A stretch of DNA of 34,110 nt from Candidatus Bathyarchaeum sp. (GCA_026014495.1 JAOZIF010000111.1:1-34110); one strand, 5' to 3'. Positions 17,482 through 27,268 are shown, counted from the stretch's first letter. The notes: generated from the letters alone by a model not told the origin. Program-made: numbers and translations.

Positions 17482-19583
17482 GCTAACTCTATTGTGTTGA
17501 TTTCTTCTAGAGTGTCTAGGTTGTTCATCTTTAGCATCATGTCTGATATCGTGTAGAGCACATCTTCGATGTAAAGACTTCTTTGCACAATGTAGCCTGA
17601 GTACGAGTAGTAGTAATAGAATCCGTTGTCTGTCATCATGCCGTCTTCCATGTGTGTGATTTGTCCTCTAAGTTCAATTCCATCTAGGGATATGTCAAGC
17701 ACATATGCTCCTTGCCAAACATATTCTCCATATGCCCAGTCAGGAATTTCTCCATCGTAGTCGCTTTCATCTATTTCTGCAACCGTGACTGGTATTACTA
17801 GAATGTTCTTTTCTTTGTCGAACAGCAGCGCTTTGTGGTCATACAGAATTGGGGAATCTGTTCCTCTGTCTCCTATCTCGTATTTTGCTACTTCAACTGG
17901 GTTAGAAACGTCGCTTACGTCAAAGAGTGATATCTTTATTCCTTGGTACCATGCAAAGTCCTGTTCTGCATCATAGTCTGTTTCTTTGCCTATTCCGATT
18001 ACGTGGTCTTCATCGTATATGTGAAGGTATCCTGAGTAGCCTGTTACTTTGAGTTCTCCAAGAACTGTTGGCTCTGTGGGGTCTGACAGGTCTATCACAA
18101 AGAGCGGATCAATGTTTCTGAATGTTACCAAGTATAGTCTGTCACCCATGAATCTTGCAGAGTAAATTTGCTCTCCCGGAGCCAAGTTCTCTAGCTCACC
18201 AACAACATTAAGGTCCATGTCTAGAACGTAAACGTTGTTTTGATGGGTTGATTCTTCCTCGGTTGAGTCTTCGGCAAATGTTCTCCAGTTCCAGTTATAG
18301 TTGTAAATTGTTGTTGCGACTCTAAAGTAGCCGTCGTGTTCGTCCATGGAGAATTGGTTAAGAACTTGTCCTGGAACTTCGCCTGATGCTACAAACGTTA
18401 CGGAGTCTTCGTTTATGCTGGCTCTGTATATGGTTGTTGTTGTGGTGTCGTCTTCTTCCCAGTTGTAGTCTGGGAATGTCAAGTAGAGGTTGTTTGTTGA
18501 GACGTAGATTCCGCTGGTGCCTCCAAGTAATACTGTTTCATGGGTTGCTTCTTGGGTGTCGTCATTTATGTTTAGGGCAACAATGGTTGTGAATGTGTAT
18601 GATGTGTCTGAGAAGTTGTAGTAGTAGATGTCAGTTGCTTGGATTGTTTCTGTTTGGTTGTTTGATTGTATTCTTGGCAGTGCAACATCTGTGTCTGTGT
18701 AGTAACTGTACATTGTTGCAATAACATAGACGTAGTCTCCAATCATTCTTGAGTCAAAATAGTCTCCATCAACGGCAAAGTCTCTTGTCAATACAGGGTT
18801 TTCTTTGTCTGAGGTATCATACACTTTGATGTAAGTTGTAGGTGGCTCCCAGATTATAGGCTCTATAATAATGTCGTTTGGTTCTTCTATATGCGTGCTA
18901 GCGTTTGCGGGTTCAGTAACAGGTTCTTCGTCTGTTCGGGTCATGTTTTCTGTGTCATCACTGTCACTTGTTGCGTTTTCAGGAGCATCTCCAACATCAT
19001 CTACAGGTGCTACGGCGACTTCTGTTTTGCTTACTACTGTTTCATAAAGTAAGTATGGTGTGTATTCAGTTTCGAAAACTGCTAGTTTGTCTCCGTTAAT
19101 TAGTATTCCAGTTATTGTTCCATCTAAGCTGATTTTTGAGACAATTTTTGCCTGTTCAGCTGGGTATGCTTTCACGATTGTTATGTTGTTGCCTGAAACA
19201 ATGTAGATGTATTCACCGTCGGTTTTTACAATGTCTGCTTCGTCTACTCCTGCAACTTGAATGTTAGTCTCTGAGTACTCGGTTTCTTCTGATGCTGAGG
19301 GCTCCATTGGCACAGATATTGTGGCATCAGCGTTTGTCGTTTGGGCTGAATATTCTCCGCTTTCTGCTACTGCATCTCCCTTTACAGAAGACCTAAGCCA
19401 ATATTCGTTGGCTGCTGAAGAGGATGTTTCGAGAAATGTTTTCAGGTCGTCATAGGATGAAAACTTGTTTACTGCAATTTGTTGTTCTGCTTCTTCAGTG
19501 TTGGTTAAGTAAAGATATATGGGTACTGAAGAGATAATCAGTATTGCTAAAAGAGAAACTGCAAATAATTTTGTATTGTTCAT
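17478..19583 (-). CDS. Membrane-anchored beta-propeller domain protein (COG4880 / Beta_propel type)
   Basis: YSETNIQVAGVDEADIVKTDGEYIY, NQFSMDEHDGYFRVATT, GEQIYSARF, TFRNIDPLFVIDL, GELKVTGYSGYLH; N-terminal TM helix. Confidence 0.93.
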   Translation of the reverse strand: MNNTKLFAVSLLAILIISSVPIYLYLTNTEEAEQQIAVNKFSSYDDLKTFLETSSSAANEYWLRSSVKGDAVAESGEYSAQTTNADATISVPMEPSASEETEYSETNIQVAGVDEADIVKTDGEYIYIVSGNNITIVKAYPAEQAKIVSKISLDGTITGILINGDKLAVFETEYTPYLLYETVVSKTEVAVAPVDDVGDAPENATSDSDDTENMTRTDEEPVTEPANASTHIEEPNDIIIEPIIWEPPTTYIKVYDTSDKENPVLTRDFAVDGDYFDSRMIGDYVYVIATMYSYYTDTDVALPRIQSNNQTETIQATDIYYYNFSDTSYTFTTIVALNINDDTQEATHETVLLGGTSGIYVSTNNLYLTFPDYNWEEDDTTTTTIYRASINEDSVTFVASGEVPGQVLNQFSMDEHDGYFRVATTIYNYNWNWRTFAEDSTEEESTHQNNVYVLDMDLNVVGELENLAPGEQIYSARFMGDRLYLVTFRNIDPLFVIDLSDPTEPTVLGELKVTGYSGYLHIYDEDHVIGIGKETDYDAEQDFAWYQGIKISLFDVSDVSNPVEVAKYEIGDRGTDSPILYDHKALLFDKEKNILVIPVTVAEIDESDYDGEIPDWAYGEYVWQGAYVLDISLDGIELRGQITHMEDGMMTDNGFYYYYSYSGYIVQRSLYIEDVLYTISDMMLKMNNLDTLEEINTIELA

Positions 19584-19683
19584 ATTTTCACCTTTCTTTT
19601 CACGTTTTTACTTATTGACTATGTATCTCTCTCTTGGGCACTTAATGCTACGTTTTAGAACATGATGTACAAAAAATAGAACA

Positions 19684-20112
19684 CTAAGATATTCGTTTTC
19701 TGAGTACAACAAAAAATCCTAGTGCAACAAGAAAACTGGGCACAGCCATCAAAGCAACAGAAGACAAATCTGAAGAACTATCTGCTGTATTAACCGTCAA
19801 AGGTTTACGTGTTGCATCTTCAGGTGCTGCGACTGGCTCTGACGGTTCGCTGGGTGAGATTGTAACGTTACCTTCTGTCCATGTGTCTGTTGAAAAGTCT
19901 CCACTTTCCAGCATTCCCTTTTCAGCTTCATATGTTTCATTTTGGCTGTTTTGTTCTTCAGCATTGGGAACTGAAAGTGTGTACTCTGGGTCTAACAAAG
20001 TATTATCTATATCCATAACGGTGTCTTCGGGTTTAAGCACCGCTAAAGGAGCAATCATGGTAACTGTGCCAAGCAAGATGGCAAGCCCAACGTAGAGAAT
20101 TATTTTGTTCAA
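19684..20112 (-). CDS. Small exported protein with N- and C-terminal TM helices
   Basis: Hydrophobic N-terminus, acidic low-complexity middle, C-terminal TM helix plus RKR. Confidence 0.8.
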   Translation of the reverse strand: MNKIILYVGLAILLGTVTMIAPLAVLKPEDTVMDIDNTLLDPEYTLSVPNAEEQNSQNETYEAEKGMLESGDFSTDTWTEGNVTISPSEPSEPVAAPEDATRKPLTVNTADSSSDLSSVALMAVPSFLVALGFFVVLRKRIS

Positions 20113-20183
20113 TGCTTTCGTCCATCCTTACCATGGAATTGGCATGCTTTTAAGTCCAGAGTTTAGAACACCCCATTTTTGCT

Positions 20184-20672
20184 TTAGAATGGCTTTTCTC
20201 TCCATAGTCTGATTGTTTCAATCCACAAAATTATGTTGGCTACAACTCCAAACAAAATGGCTGCTATGTTGTGCACTGAGCCCGTAGGCTGGTACAAAAT
20301 TACGTTGTACACGATAATGTATGTGGCAAACATTGTGGAGAGCCAAATAGCATAGAAGAGGTGGCGGGGAACAAGGAATCGTCCCATTCTGCTAAAGAAC
20401 TTTAGGACGCCAACCTTAATTTCTTGATTTAGAAGATATTCCCCTCTTGTTGTCTTCTCAACTAAACCCAGAGCCAACAGCTTATCCAAATGATGGGCAG
20501 CTACGCTTGGGCTAGATAGCCCTAATGCACGCTGGACCTCACGGACTCCCACGCTAGAATCTGGGTCTTTTAGTAGGTACCAGTATATCTGAAGCGTTTT
20601 GCCCTTCAATTGCGACTCAATTTCAGCCAAATCAGAGGAAGAGGTGTCAGACATCAAACTCGCCAAAACCAA
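20184..20672 (-). CDS. Membrane-tethered winged-helix transcriptional regulator
   Basis: LKGKTLQIYWYLL...GVREVQRALGLSSPSVAAHHLDKLLALGLVEK...GEY, followed by two TM helices. The start may be ATG 20654. Confidence 0.88.
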   Translation of the reverse strand: MVLASLMSDTSSSDLAEIESQLKGKTLQIYWYLLKDPDSSVGVREVQRALGLSSPSVAAHHLDKLLALGLVEKTTRGEYLLNQEIKVGVLKFFSRMGRFLVPRHLFYAIWLSTMFATYIIVYNVILYQPTGSVHNIAAILFGVVANIILWIETIRLWREKPF

Positions 20673-20822
20673 ATATAAACATTCATATATAATATAATTC
20701 TCCCAAAAACTTCTTCAACCTGTTTGTTCATGTGCGTTTTTTCTGTTTTCAACGATTAGTTTGTAGCTGTTTTTGGTCAGAATTGCACTAAAACTTGTAA
20801 CGCGCTTTTTTGTTAGCCTTTG

Positions 20823-20876
20823 TTTTCTGAAAAACCTAGTTTTCAACAATGTACCTCTATTAGACTACAAATATGC
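20823..20876. repeat. Dispersed non-coding element, copy B
   Basis: TTTTCTGAAAA palindrome plus TAGTTTTCAACAATGTAC core; matches 3807-3862. Confidence 0.8.
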
Positions 20877-20967
20877 TGGTGGTCTGGTGATGTTAAGCAT
20901 CGCTATTTAGATTGTTTTTCGTTTTACTGTTTGGTAAAAAAAGAGAAGGGGAGAAATTGTGTTTTGT

Positions 20968-21504
20968 TTATTTCGTAATTTCTAGGGTTGCTGAGTTTTC
21001 GAATATTTCGGTTTCTGCTGATTTGTTTAGTATTGACTTGAGCATTGTGGACACTTGGTTGGCTATAAATAAACTCCAATTGCTTCCTAGTTCATGGCGT
21101 AAATGAATAATCTCTTTATTTCCTCTGGTGTATTGGTTATAATCGAACCAATTGCCATATTTGCCCATGTTATTCTCTATAAAATATGATATATTGTCAT
21201 GTGTTGGAGCGATTCCCATTGTTCGTAAGGCGTTTTTAGCACCTGTTGAACCTGATATCTTTGCGATTTGTTCTATCCTTTCTGTTGGACAACAGCTTAT
21301 TATACTACTAATTGTTGGGCGTGTTATGAATAACGCACCCATACGTTCTGCCCATCTCCAGTGTTGGCAATAGTCTTTCAGGATTTTGTTCATGAGGGCG
21401 TTAACGCTGATTCCTTGTTTGTCTGATTCTATGCGTAATGTTTCGAGCCACTCTTCGTCAAGTCGGAATGAGAAGCCAATTGTTTTTCTTTTTTGGTTTG
21501 CTAA
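20968..21504 (-). CDS. Ribbon-helix-helix regulator-like protein with non-canonical, mutated or frameshifted start
   Basis: The frame of the 141-aa ORF stays open upstream and encodes KRKTIGFSFRLDEEWLETLRIESDKQGISVNALMNKIL (RHH-like). There is no in-frame ATG, GTG or TTG upstream of 21393. An in-frame TTA at 21504 sits 6 nt after GGGGGT. Confidence 0.7.
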   Translation of the reverse strand, partial: LANQKRKTIGFSFRLDEEWLETLRIESDKQGISVNALMNKILKDYCQHWRWAERMGALFITRPTISSIISCCPTERIEQIAKISGSTGAKNALRTMGIAPTHDNISYFIENNMGKYGNWFDYNQYTRGNKEIIHLRHELGSNWSLFIANQVSTMLKSILNKSAETEIFENSATLEITK

Positions 21505-21621
21505 GCAAATACCCCCGCTATTATATACTACAACATATTACGATTTAATACTTTTGATTTACTTGTAATTAATTGTATACTTAGGGCTTTTATTTAATAA
21601 ACAATTCATATTCTGATACTG

Positions 21622-22080
21622 GTGCAGAAGTTGCATACTGCAAAACAAATTCGCCTTCTTCTTGTCGATGATGATTCAGACCTATCGACAACTGTGAAGA
21701 AAGGTCTAGCGTTACAGTGCGACTATGATGTCGATTTAGTCTCTTCTGTTGATGACGCTCTTGAAAAAATGACTCAAAAAGACTATGATTTAATTGTATG
21801 CGACATACGGATGTCTCTAACAGACGGTTTCGAGTTTCTAAATGAACTTAGAACCAGCGGCAATCAAATCCCATTTATCGTATTTAGTGTAGCAGACGAC
21901 AAAGAAACAGCACTAACAGCATTTTCCCTTGGTGCCAATGGATTTGTTGGAAAGTATGGCAACCCAAAGGTAGTTTTTTCTATACTTAAACGCTGCATCG
22001 ATGAAGCTGTAAAAAATTTCCCAAAAAAACTTCAAACTGAACTTTTGGAGGTGATTCAACCTGTCTTTACTGACAACTGA
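21622..22080 (+). CDS. Stand-alone response regulator receiver protein
   Basis: LLLVDDD, DLIVCDIRMS (phosphoacceptor Asp), IPFIVFS, GANGFVGK; no output domain. Confidence 0.93.
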   Translation: MQKLHTAKQIRLLLVDDDSDLSTTVKKGLALQCDYDVDLVSSVDDALEKMTQKDYDLIVCDIRMSLTDGFEFLNELRTSGNQIPFIVFSVADDKETALTAFSLGANGFVGKYGNPKVVFSILKRCIDEAVKNFPKKLQTELLEVIQPVFTDN

Positions 22081-22084
22081 AACT

Positions 22085-22393
22085 GTGGAAAAATTGCGCA
22101 AACAAATCATAAAATCTGTAATGGATTTACTGATGCTTGCTGAACTTAGAAACGGTACAATGAGCGGTTATGATGCAATAGGCTTTATCCACAACAAATT
22201 TGGTGTATTAGTTAGCTCAGGAACGGTTTATTCACATCTGTACTCGTTAGAGCGAGACGGTTTGGTTACAGGTACCTGGGAAGTAAAGAAAAGAGTTTAC
22301 GCAATAACCGAAAAAGGCGAACAAGCGCTGGAAAATGTAGCAAAAGCAAACAAGGAACTTATAGACACCCTGAAAAGCATACTAGATTACTAA
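22085..22393 (+). CDS. PadR family transcriptional regulator
   Basis: MSGYD...SSGTVYSHLYSLERDGLV...KKRVYAITEKG; 4-nt gap after the receiver gene. Confidence 0.92.
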   Translation: MEKLRKQIIKSVMDLLMLAELRNGTMSGYDAIGFIHNKFGVLVSSGTVYSHLYSLERDGLVTGTWEVKKRVYAITEKGEQALENVAKANKELIDTLKSILDY

Positions 22394-22537
22394 CCAAAAC
22401 CCCTTTTATTTTTTTGTATCTACATGTATGTCCATAGTTCTCGTTAGGTTCTAAACCAAATCCTTAATTGTTGCTCAATAAACAACCAAAGATTTAATCT
22501 ACATCCACAAAACAACTTATTCCCTGAGGTAAAAATT

Positions 22538-23230
22538 GTGAAGCTTGACGTAAACCTGACAGACTCATTCAACTATGCTAAGCTGCTATTCGACGATTTT
22601 GGAAGACTAATAATACTCATAATTCTGGCTGTTATTCCAATAGTAAATTTTATTGTAGTAGGATACCTCGGAAACATCCTGAAAGCACCAAAAGACTCCA
22701 AAGAATTACCCCAATTAGAAAAATATGGTGAACTGTGGATTCAAGGCCTAAAAATTTTTCTTGCAATCATCATTTTAATGATTGTTCCACTTATCTTGAT
22801 GGGTTCTACGCTTGTTCAGATTGTGTTAACGCAGTTGTCTCTTGGTGGCTCATTTATCTCACCATTAAGTGGAATTCTGGCGATTAGTCTGTTTTACATT
22901 GGATTATTACTAGCATTTTTCATTGGACTTATACTGGCTATGTCTATTGTTCACATGCTCAAAAAAGACGATTTCGGCAAAATCTTTGCATTCAACGAAA
23001 TATTGGCAATTATCCAAAACATCGGATGGGGAACATACATCCTGTGGCTAGCAGTGCTATTCATAATTTCAGGCATAGTGACAGTTATAATGTTTAACAT
23101 TCCAGTAATCGGTTGGATTCTCGAACTAGTGCTCACTCCTGCTTTAGGTGCATTCATAGCCCGTTCAGTATCCCTAACTTACCTAGAAGGAACAACACAA
23201 GAAACCGCCACAACCACAGAGCAAACATAA
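22538..23230 (+). CDS. DUF4013-like membrane protein
   Basis: IPIVNFIVVGY...LP...GELWIQGLK pattern and multiple TM segments. Confidence 0.8.
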   Translation: MKLDVNLTDSFNYAKLLFDDFGRLIILIILAVIPIVNFIVVGYLGNILKAPKDSKELPQLEKYGELWIQGLKIFLAIIILMIVPLILMGSTLVQIVLTQLSLGGSFISPLSGILAISLFYIGLLLAFFIGLILAMSIVHMLKKDDFGKIFAFNEILAIIQNIGWGTYILWLAVLFIISGIVTVIMFNIPVIGWILELVLTPALGAFIARSVSLTYLEGTTQETATTTEQT

Positions 23231-23396
23231 CCGCCCCAGTCACTTCCCTCTTTTCTTTTTAACGCTCAAAGTGTGCCCCCTTTTTGAGTAAAAACTGTTT
23301 ACAAACACTAAAAGCAACTGTTACTTTGGAAAAACCTGAACTAAAAGACTTTTAGTATCCGGTATACTTAACAAAAGTGCTTGCAGGAGAAAACAT

Positions 23397-25334
23397 GTGA
23401 TGGGCAAGAATGTAACTCAAAAGATACTGGAAACACATCTAGTGGAAGGAAAACTTGAGCAGGGCAAAGAAATAGCAATCAGAATAGATCAAACTCTAAC
23501 ACAGGATGCAACTGGAACCATGGCCTATCTCCAATTTGAGGCAATGGGCGTCCCAAACGTCAAAACTGAACTTTCTGTAAGCTACATCGACCACAACACA
23601 ATCCAAGTTGGATTCGAAAACGCAGACGACCACCGTTACCTGCAGTCAATTGCCGCAAAATACGGCATCTACCTCTCCCGAGCAGGAAACGGAATCTGCC
23701 ACCAAGTCCACCTCGAACGATTCGGAAAACCCACAAAAACCCTGCTGGGATCAGACAGCCACACCCCAACCGCAGGCGGACTAGGCATGATTGCCATCGG
23801 AGCAGGAGGCTTAGACGTTGCGGTTGCCATGGCAGGTGAACCTTTCTATCTCACTTGCCCCAAGGTAATCAAAATAAATTTAAAGGGAAAACTAAATCCA
23901 TGGGTTTCCGCAAAAGATGTAGTCCTAACAGTTTTGGAAATTTTCACCACAAAAGGCAATGTTGGCTGTGTCTTCGAATACGGCGGCGAAGGCGTGACAA
24001 CTCTTTCTGTTCCTGAACGTGCAACCATAACCAACATGGGCGCAGAATGTGGAGTCACAACTTCTGTTTTTCCATCTGACGAAATTACTCGACAGTTCCT
24101 AGCCGCTCAAGGCAGAGAAACAGACTGGGTTGAACTCAAAGCAGACCCAGACGCAGAGTATGACAAGGTAGTAGACATTAACTTAAGTGAGCTAGTTCCA
24201 CTGGCAGCGGTTCCGCATAGTCCAGGAAACATCAAAACCGTTACTGAACTTGCTGGAACTGCAGTGAATCAGGTGTGCATTGGAAGCTGCACTAACTCTT
24301 CGTATAAAGATTTGATGATTGTCTCAAAAATCTTGAAAGGCAAAAAGGTGCACCCGTCTGTTAGTTTTGTTATTTCTCCGGGTTCAAAGCAGGTAATTGA
24401 GAACCTTGCACGCGACGGAGCGCTAGCCGACCTGTATTCTGCTGGAGCAAGAATAACCGAGCCTGTCTGCGGATTTTGCATCGGAAACAGCCAGTCACCT
24501 CAAACAGATGCAGTGTCAATTCGCACCTCTAACCGAAACTTTTTTGGTCGCTCTGGAACAAAAACTGCAAACCTGTATTTGACAAGCCCACAAACCGCTG
24601 CTGCTGCGGTAATCACGGGCAAGTTTACTGACCCAAGAGACCTTGAGATGGAGTATCCCTTTGTGGAGATGCCCCAAAAATTCTATACTGATGATAGCAT
24701 GATTATTGCACCCTCTAAAACGCCAGGGCAAGTTGAGGTTTACAGAGGTCCAAACATTGCTGAATTGCCGTCTAATCTTCCAATGCCCTCGGAAATCTCG
24801 GGAATTGTTACAATTAAGGTTGGCGATAAAATCACCACAGACCACATTATTCCTGCTGGGGCTAGAATGAAATACCGCTCTAATGTGCCCAAGTACTCCG
24901 AGTTCGTGTTTGAAATAGTGGACGAATCTTTCTCTAAGCGAGCCACAAAAATCAGAGACGCAGGACAATACAACATCATAGTCGCAGGACTAAGCTACGG
25001 TCAAGGTTCTTCTAGGGAGCATGCAGCACTGTGTCCGATGTTTTTGGGAGTCAAAGCGGTTATCGCAAAATCTTTTGAAAGAATTCACTCAGCAAACCTG
25101 ATAAATTTTGGAATCATTCCTCTGACCTTCAAAACAGAAACGGATTACGACCAAATAGACTCTGGAGACAAACTGCAAATAGTTAACCTCAGACAGGCAG
25201 TGTCAAACAATGAGTCCCTGACCGTAAAAAATGTCACAAAGCAAACAGAGTTCCAACTAAATTATCACCTGTCTGAAAGACAACGTGACATCATCCTAGC
25301 AGGCGGAATGCTTACCTACATCAAAAACAAGTAA
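23397..25334 (+). CDS. Aconitate hydratase (short aconitase-family enzyme)
   Basis: QDATG, GICHQVHLE, GSDSHT, IGSCTN, CGFCIG ([4Fe-4S] Cys), TTDHI, YGQGSSREHAA; 645 aa with large and swivel domains fused. Confidence 0.93.
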   Translation: MMGKNVTQKILETHLVEGKLEQGKEIAIRIDQTLTQDATGTMAYLQFEAMGVPNVKTELSVSYIDHNTIQVGFENADDHRYLQSIAAKYGIYLSRAGNGICHQVHLERFGKPTKTLLGSDSHTPTAGGLGMIAIGAGGLDVAVAMAGEPFYLTCPKVIKINLKGKLNPWVSAKDVVLTVLEIFTTKGNVGCVFEYGGEGVTTLSVPERATITNMGAECGVTTSVFPSDEITRQFLAAQGRETDWVELKADPDAEYDKVVDINLSELVPLAAVPHSPGNIKTVTELAGTAVNQVCIGSCTNSSYKDLMIVSKILKGKKVHPSVSFVISPGSKQVIENLARDGALADLYSAGARITEPVCGFCIGNSQSPQTDAVSIRTSNRNFFGRSGTKTANLYLTSPQTAAAAVITGKFTDPRDLEMEYPFVEMPQKFYTDDSMIIAPSKTPGQVEVYRGPNIAELPSNLPMPSEISGIVTIKVGDKITTDHIIPAGARMKYRSNVPKYSEFVFEIVDESFSKRATKIRDAGQYNIIVAGLSYGQGSSREHAALCPMFLGVKAVIAKSFERIHSANLINFGIIPLTFKTETDYDQIDSGDKLQIVNLRQAVSNNESLTVKNVTKQTEFQLNYHLSERQRDIILAGGMLTYIKNK

Positions 25335-25487
25335 ACAACAATTAATTTCAAGCAAATCGTTACCCGACAAAAATAGCCAATCACAAAACACTCTTGATAA
25401 ATATTAAATGTAATACAAATGAGACTTGTTATTTCTGAAAAATAGTTTATTACCATAACTTTGGAGCACATGTTGGGGGCAAATCTT

Positions 25488-26315
25488 TTGACTGAAAAAA
25501 CAGGAAATAAAAAACTGAAAGCTACAACAGGATACTCCGAGAACGGTCTTCCATATTTTCGCCTTGGAAACAAATCGCGCATTTTAGTTGTCTTTGATGG
25601 ATTGAACTTTGAGAACAAACCTCCCTCTGGGCTGCAACTACGGTGGGTTGCTGGAGACTACAAACAAATTGCAAAAGATTACACCGTTTATTCTGTGGGT
25701 CGAAAGCCTGACTTGCCCAGTGGCTACTCAACACGTGACATGGCTAACGATTATGCTGACATGGTAAGAAATGAGTTAAAATGGCCTGTTGATGTTTTGG
25801 GGCTTTCTACGGGCGGGACCATAGCGCAATATTTTGCTTTGGATCATCCTGATTTGGTTCGCCGTTTGGTTCTTGGTAGTACTGGTTATGCTCTTAGTGA
25901 AAATGGAAAAAAACTACAACTGTACGTAGGTGACATGGCAAAACAACGCAAATGGAGAAAAGCCTACACTGCAATGATGGACGGAGTATACCCTGAAGGT
26001 GGCCTAAAACGGCTTTTTTTCAAGTTAGTCATGTCTATTATGACGGCATTCAGCAAACCTAGTGACCCCTCAGATGTGATAGTGACCATAGAAGCAGAAG
26101 ACCAGCATAACTTCAAGGACTTGCTTGGCGAAATTAAAGTGCCCACATTGGTAATAGGTGGAGAAGACGACTTTTTTTATCCAATTCGTGAAACAGCTGA
26201 AGGCATACTGGCTGCTAAAGTCATTCTGTATGAAGGGTTTGGACACAATGCATGGCTTGACAATCGGCGCCAGTTTCAAGAAGATGTCTTGGCATTTCTC
26301 AATGAAGGGCTGTAG
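25488..26315 (+). CDS. Alpha/beta hydrolase
   Basis: GLSTGG nucleophile elbow, TLVIGGEDD, GFGHN. Start placed at the in-frame TTG 25488, preceded by GGGGGC-N6. Confidence 0.9.
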   Translation: MTEKTGNKKLKATTGYSENGLPYFRLGNKSRILVVFDGLNFENKPPSGLQLRWVAGDYKQIAKDYTVYSVGRKPDLPSGYSTRDMANDYADMVRNELKWPVDVLGLSTGGTIAQYFALDHPDLVRRLVLGSTGYALSENGKKLQLYVGDMAKQRKWRKAYTAMMDGVYPEGGLKRLFFKLVMSIMTAFSKPSDPSDVIVTIEAEDQHNFKDLLGEIKVPTLVIGGEDDFFYPIRETAEGILAAKVILYEGFGHNAWLDNRRQFQEDVLAFLNEGL

Positions 26316-26396
26316 TTGAGCATTTGGTCTTGTTGTTGCTAAATATCTTATAACCTGTTTGCTACATTCTTTCACGATGCCGTTTGTAACCTTATT

Positions 26397-27170
26397 TTAT
26401 TGCATCTTTTTTATTATGTTTTCAAATCTGGTGTTACTAATTGGGTGATGACTAATTATTTTGCCATTGTAAATTATACAAAAGGTTCCAAAAGCACATG
26501 GTGAATTCTGAACAGCAGCTGCATCTGTTAAGTCAACCAACTTTGTTTTCAAACCAAATTTGTCTTTGGCAGACTTGACGATTGCGTTAACGTTTTTTTC
26601 AGTGTATGGACACTGAACAGACCGCAAAACAAACAAGCCCTCTTTATAGTTTTCAAGACTGGCGTTCAGGTCTTTAAATCTTGGATTTGGTACTGTTTGA
26701 TTAAACTTTAAGACCAGTAATTGGAAATCTGGTTCTGCTTTATCTACAACAACAAAGCCTTTTTTGACAAAAATGTCCTTTCTTGCCATAAATGAGCCTT
26801 TGCGAGTAACAACAGCAACGCCGTGCATGTTTGATTTTTTTGCTTCACTAACGCATTCGTCGATTAACAAAGAAGCGTAGCCTTTTCCTTTGAACTCTTT
26901 TTTGAACCCAACAAAAACGCAATGAATAAACATGTAGCCCTCAGCCTCTACTGGACGGTGCGCAAACTTGCCGGGGATATATTCAAGCATTCCTTGATAA
27001 CCGCCCTTTTTTGACAACAGGGCTTTTATCTTCAAACCTTTAGGGTAATACTCTTTTACCCAATCTATTTTCTTTCGTAGTTCCAGATGCTTTTTGGCGT
27101 CTTTGTATCCACAGACCCCATAATCCACAATGTTTTCTGGAGTAATGTCAACAACTTGGATGTCTGTCAA
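26397..27170 (-). CDS. GNAT N-acetyltransferase with YoaP-like C-terminal domain
   Basis: GMLEYIPG, FIHC, FKGKGYASLLI (acetyl-CoA loop), QCPY, FCIIYNGKIISHH. Confidence 0.87.
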   Translation of the reverse strand: MTDIQVVDITPENIVDYGVCGYKDAKKHLELRKKIDWVKEYYPKGLKIKALLSKKGGYQGMLEYIPGKFAHRPVEAEGYMFIHCVFVGFKKEFKGKGYASLLIDECVSEAKKSNMHGVAVVTRKGSFMARKDIFVKKGFVVVDKAEPDFQLLVLKFNQTVPNPRFKDLNASLENYKEGLFVLRSVQCPYTEKNVNAIVKSAKDKFGLKTKLVDLTDAAAVQNSPCAFGTFCIIYNGKIISHHPISNTRFENIIKKMQ

Positions 27171-27268
27171 TATACAAACTCCACGTTAGTTAGTCTGCTG
27201 TTTTACATATTTGTTTTTTGATGGAAAACCTCATATTTGGCGTTGATGTCCCGCCTGTAAATTATCAA

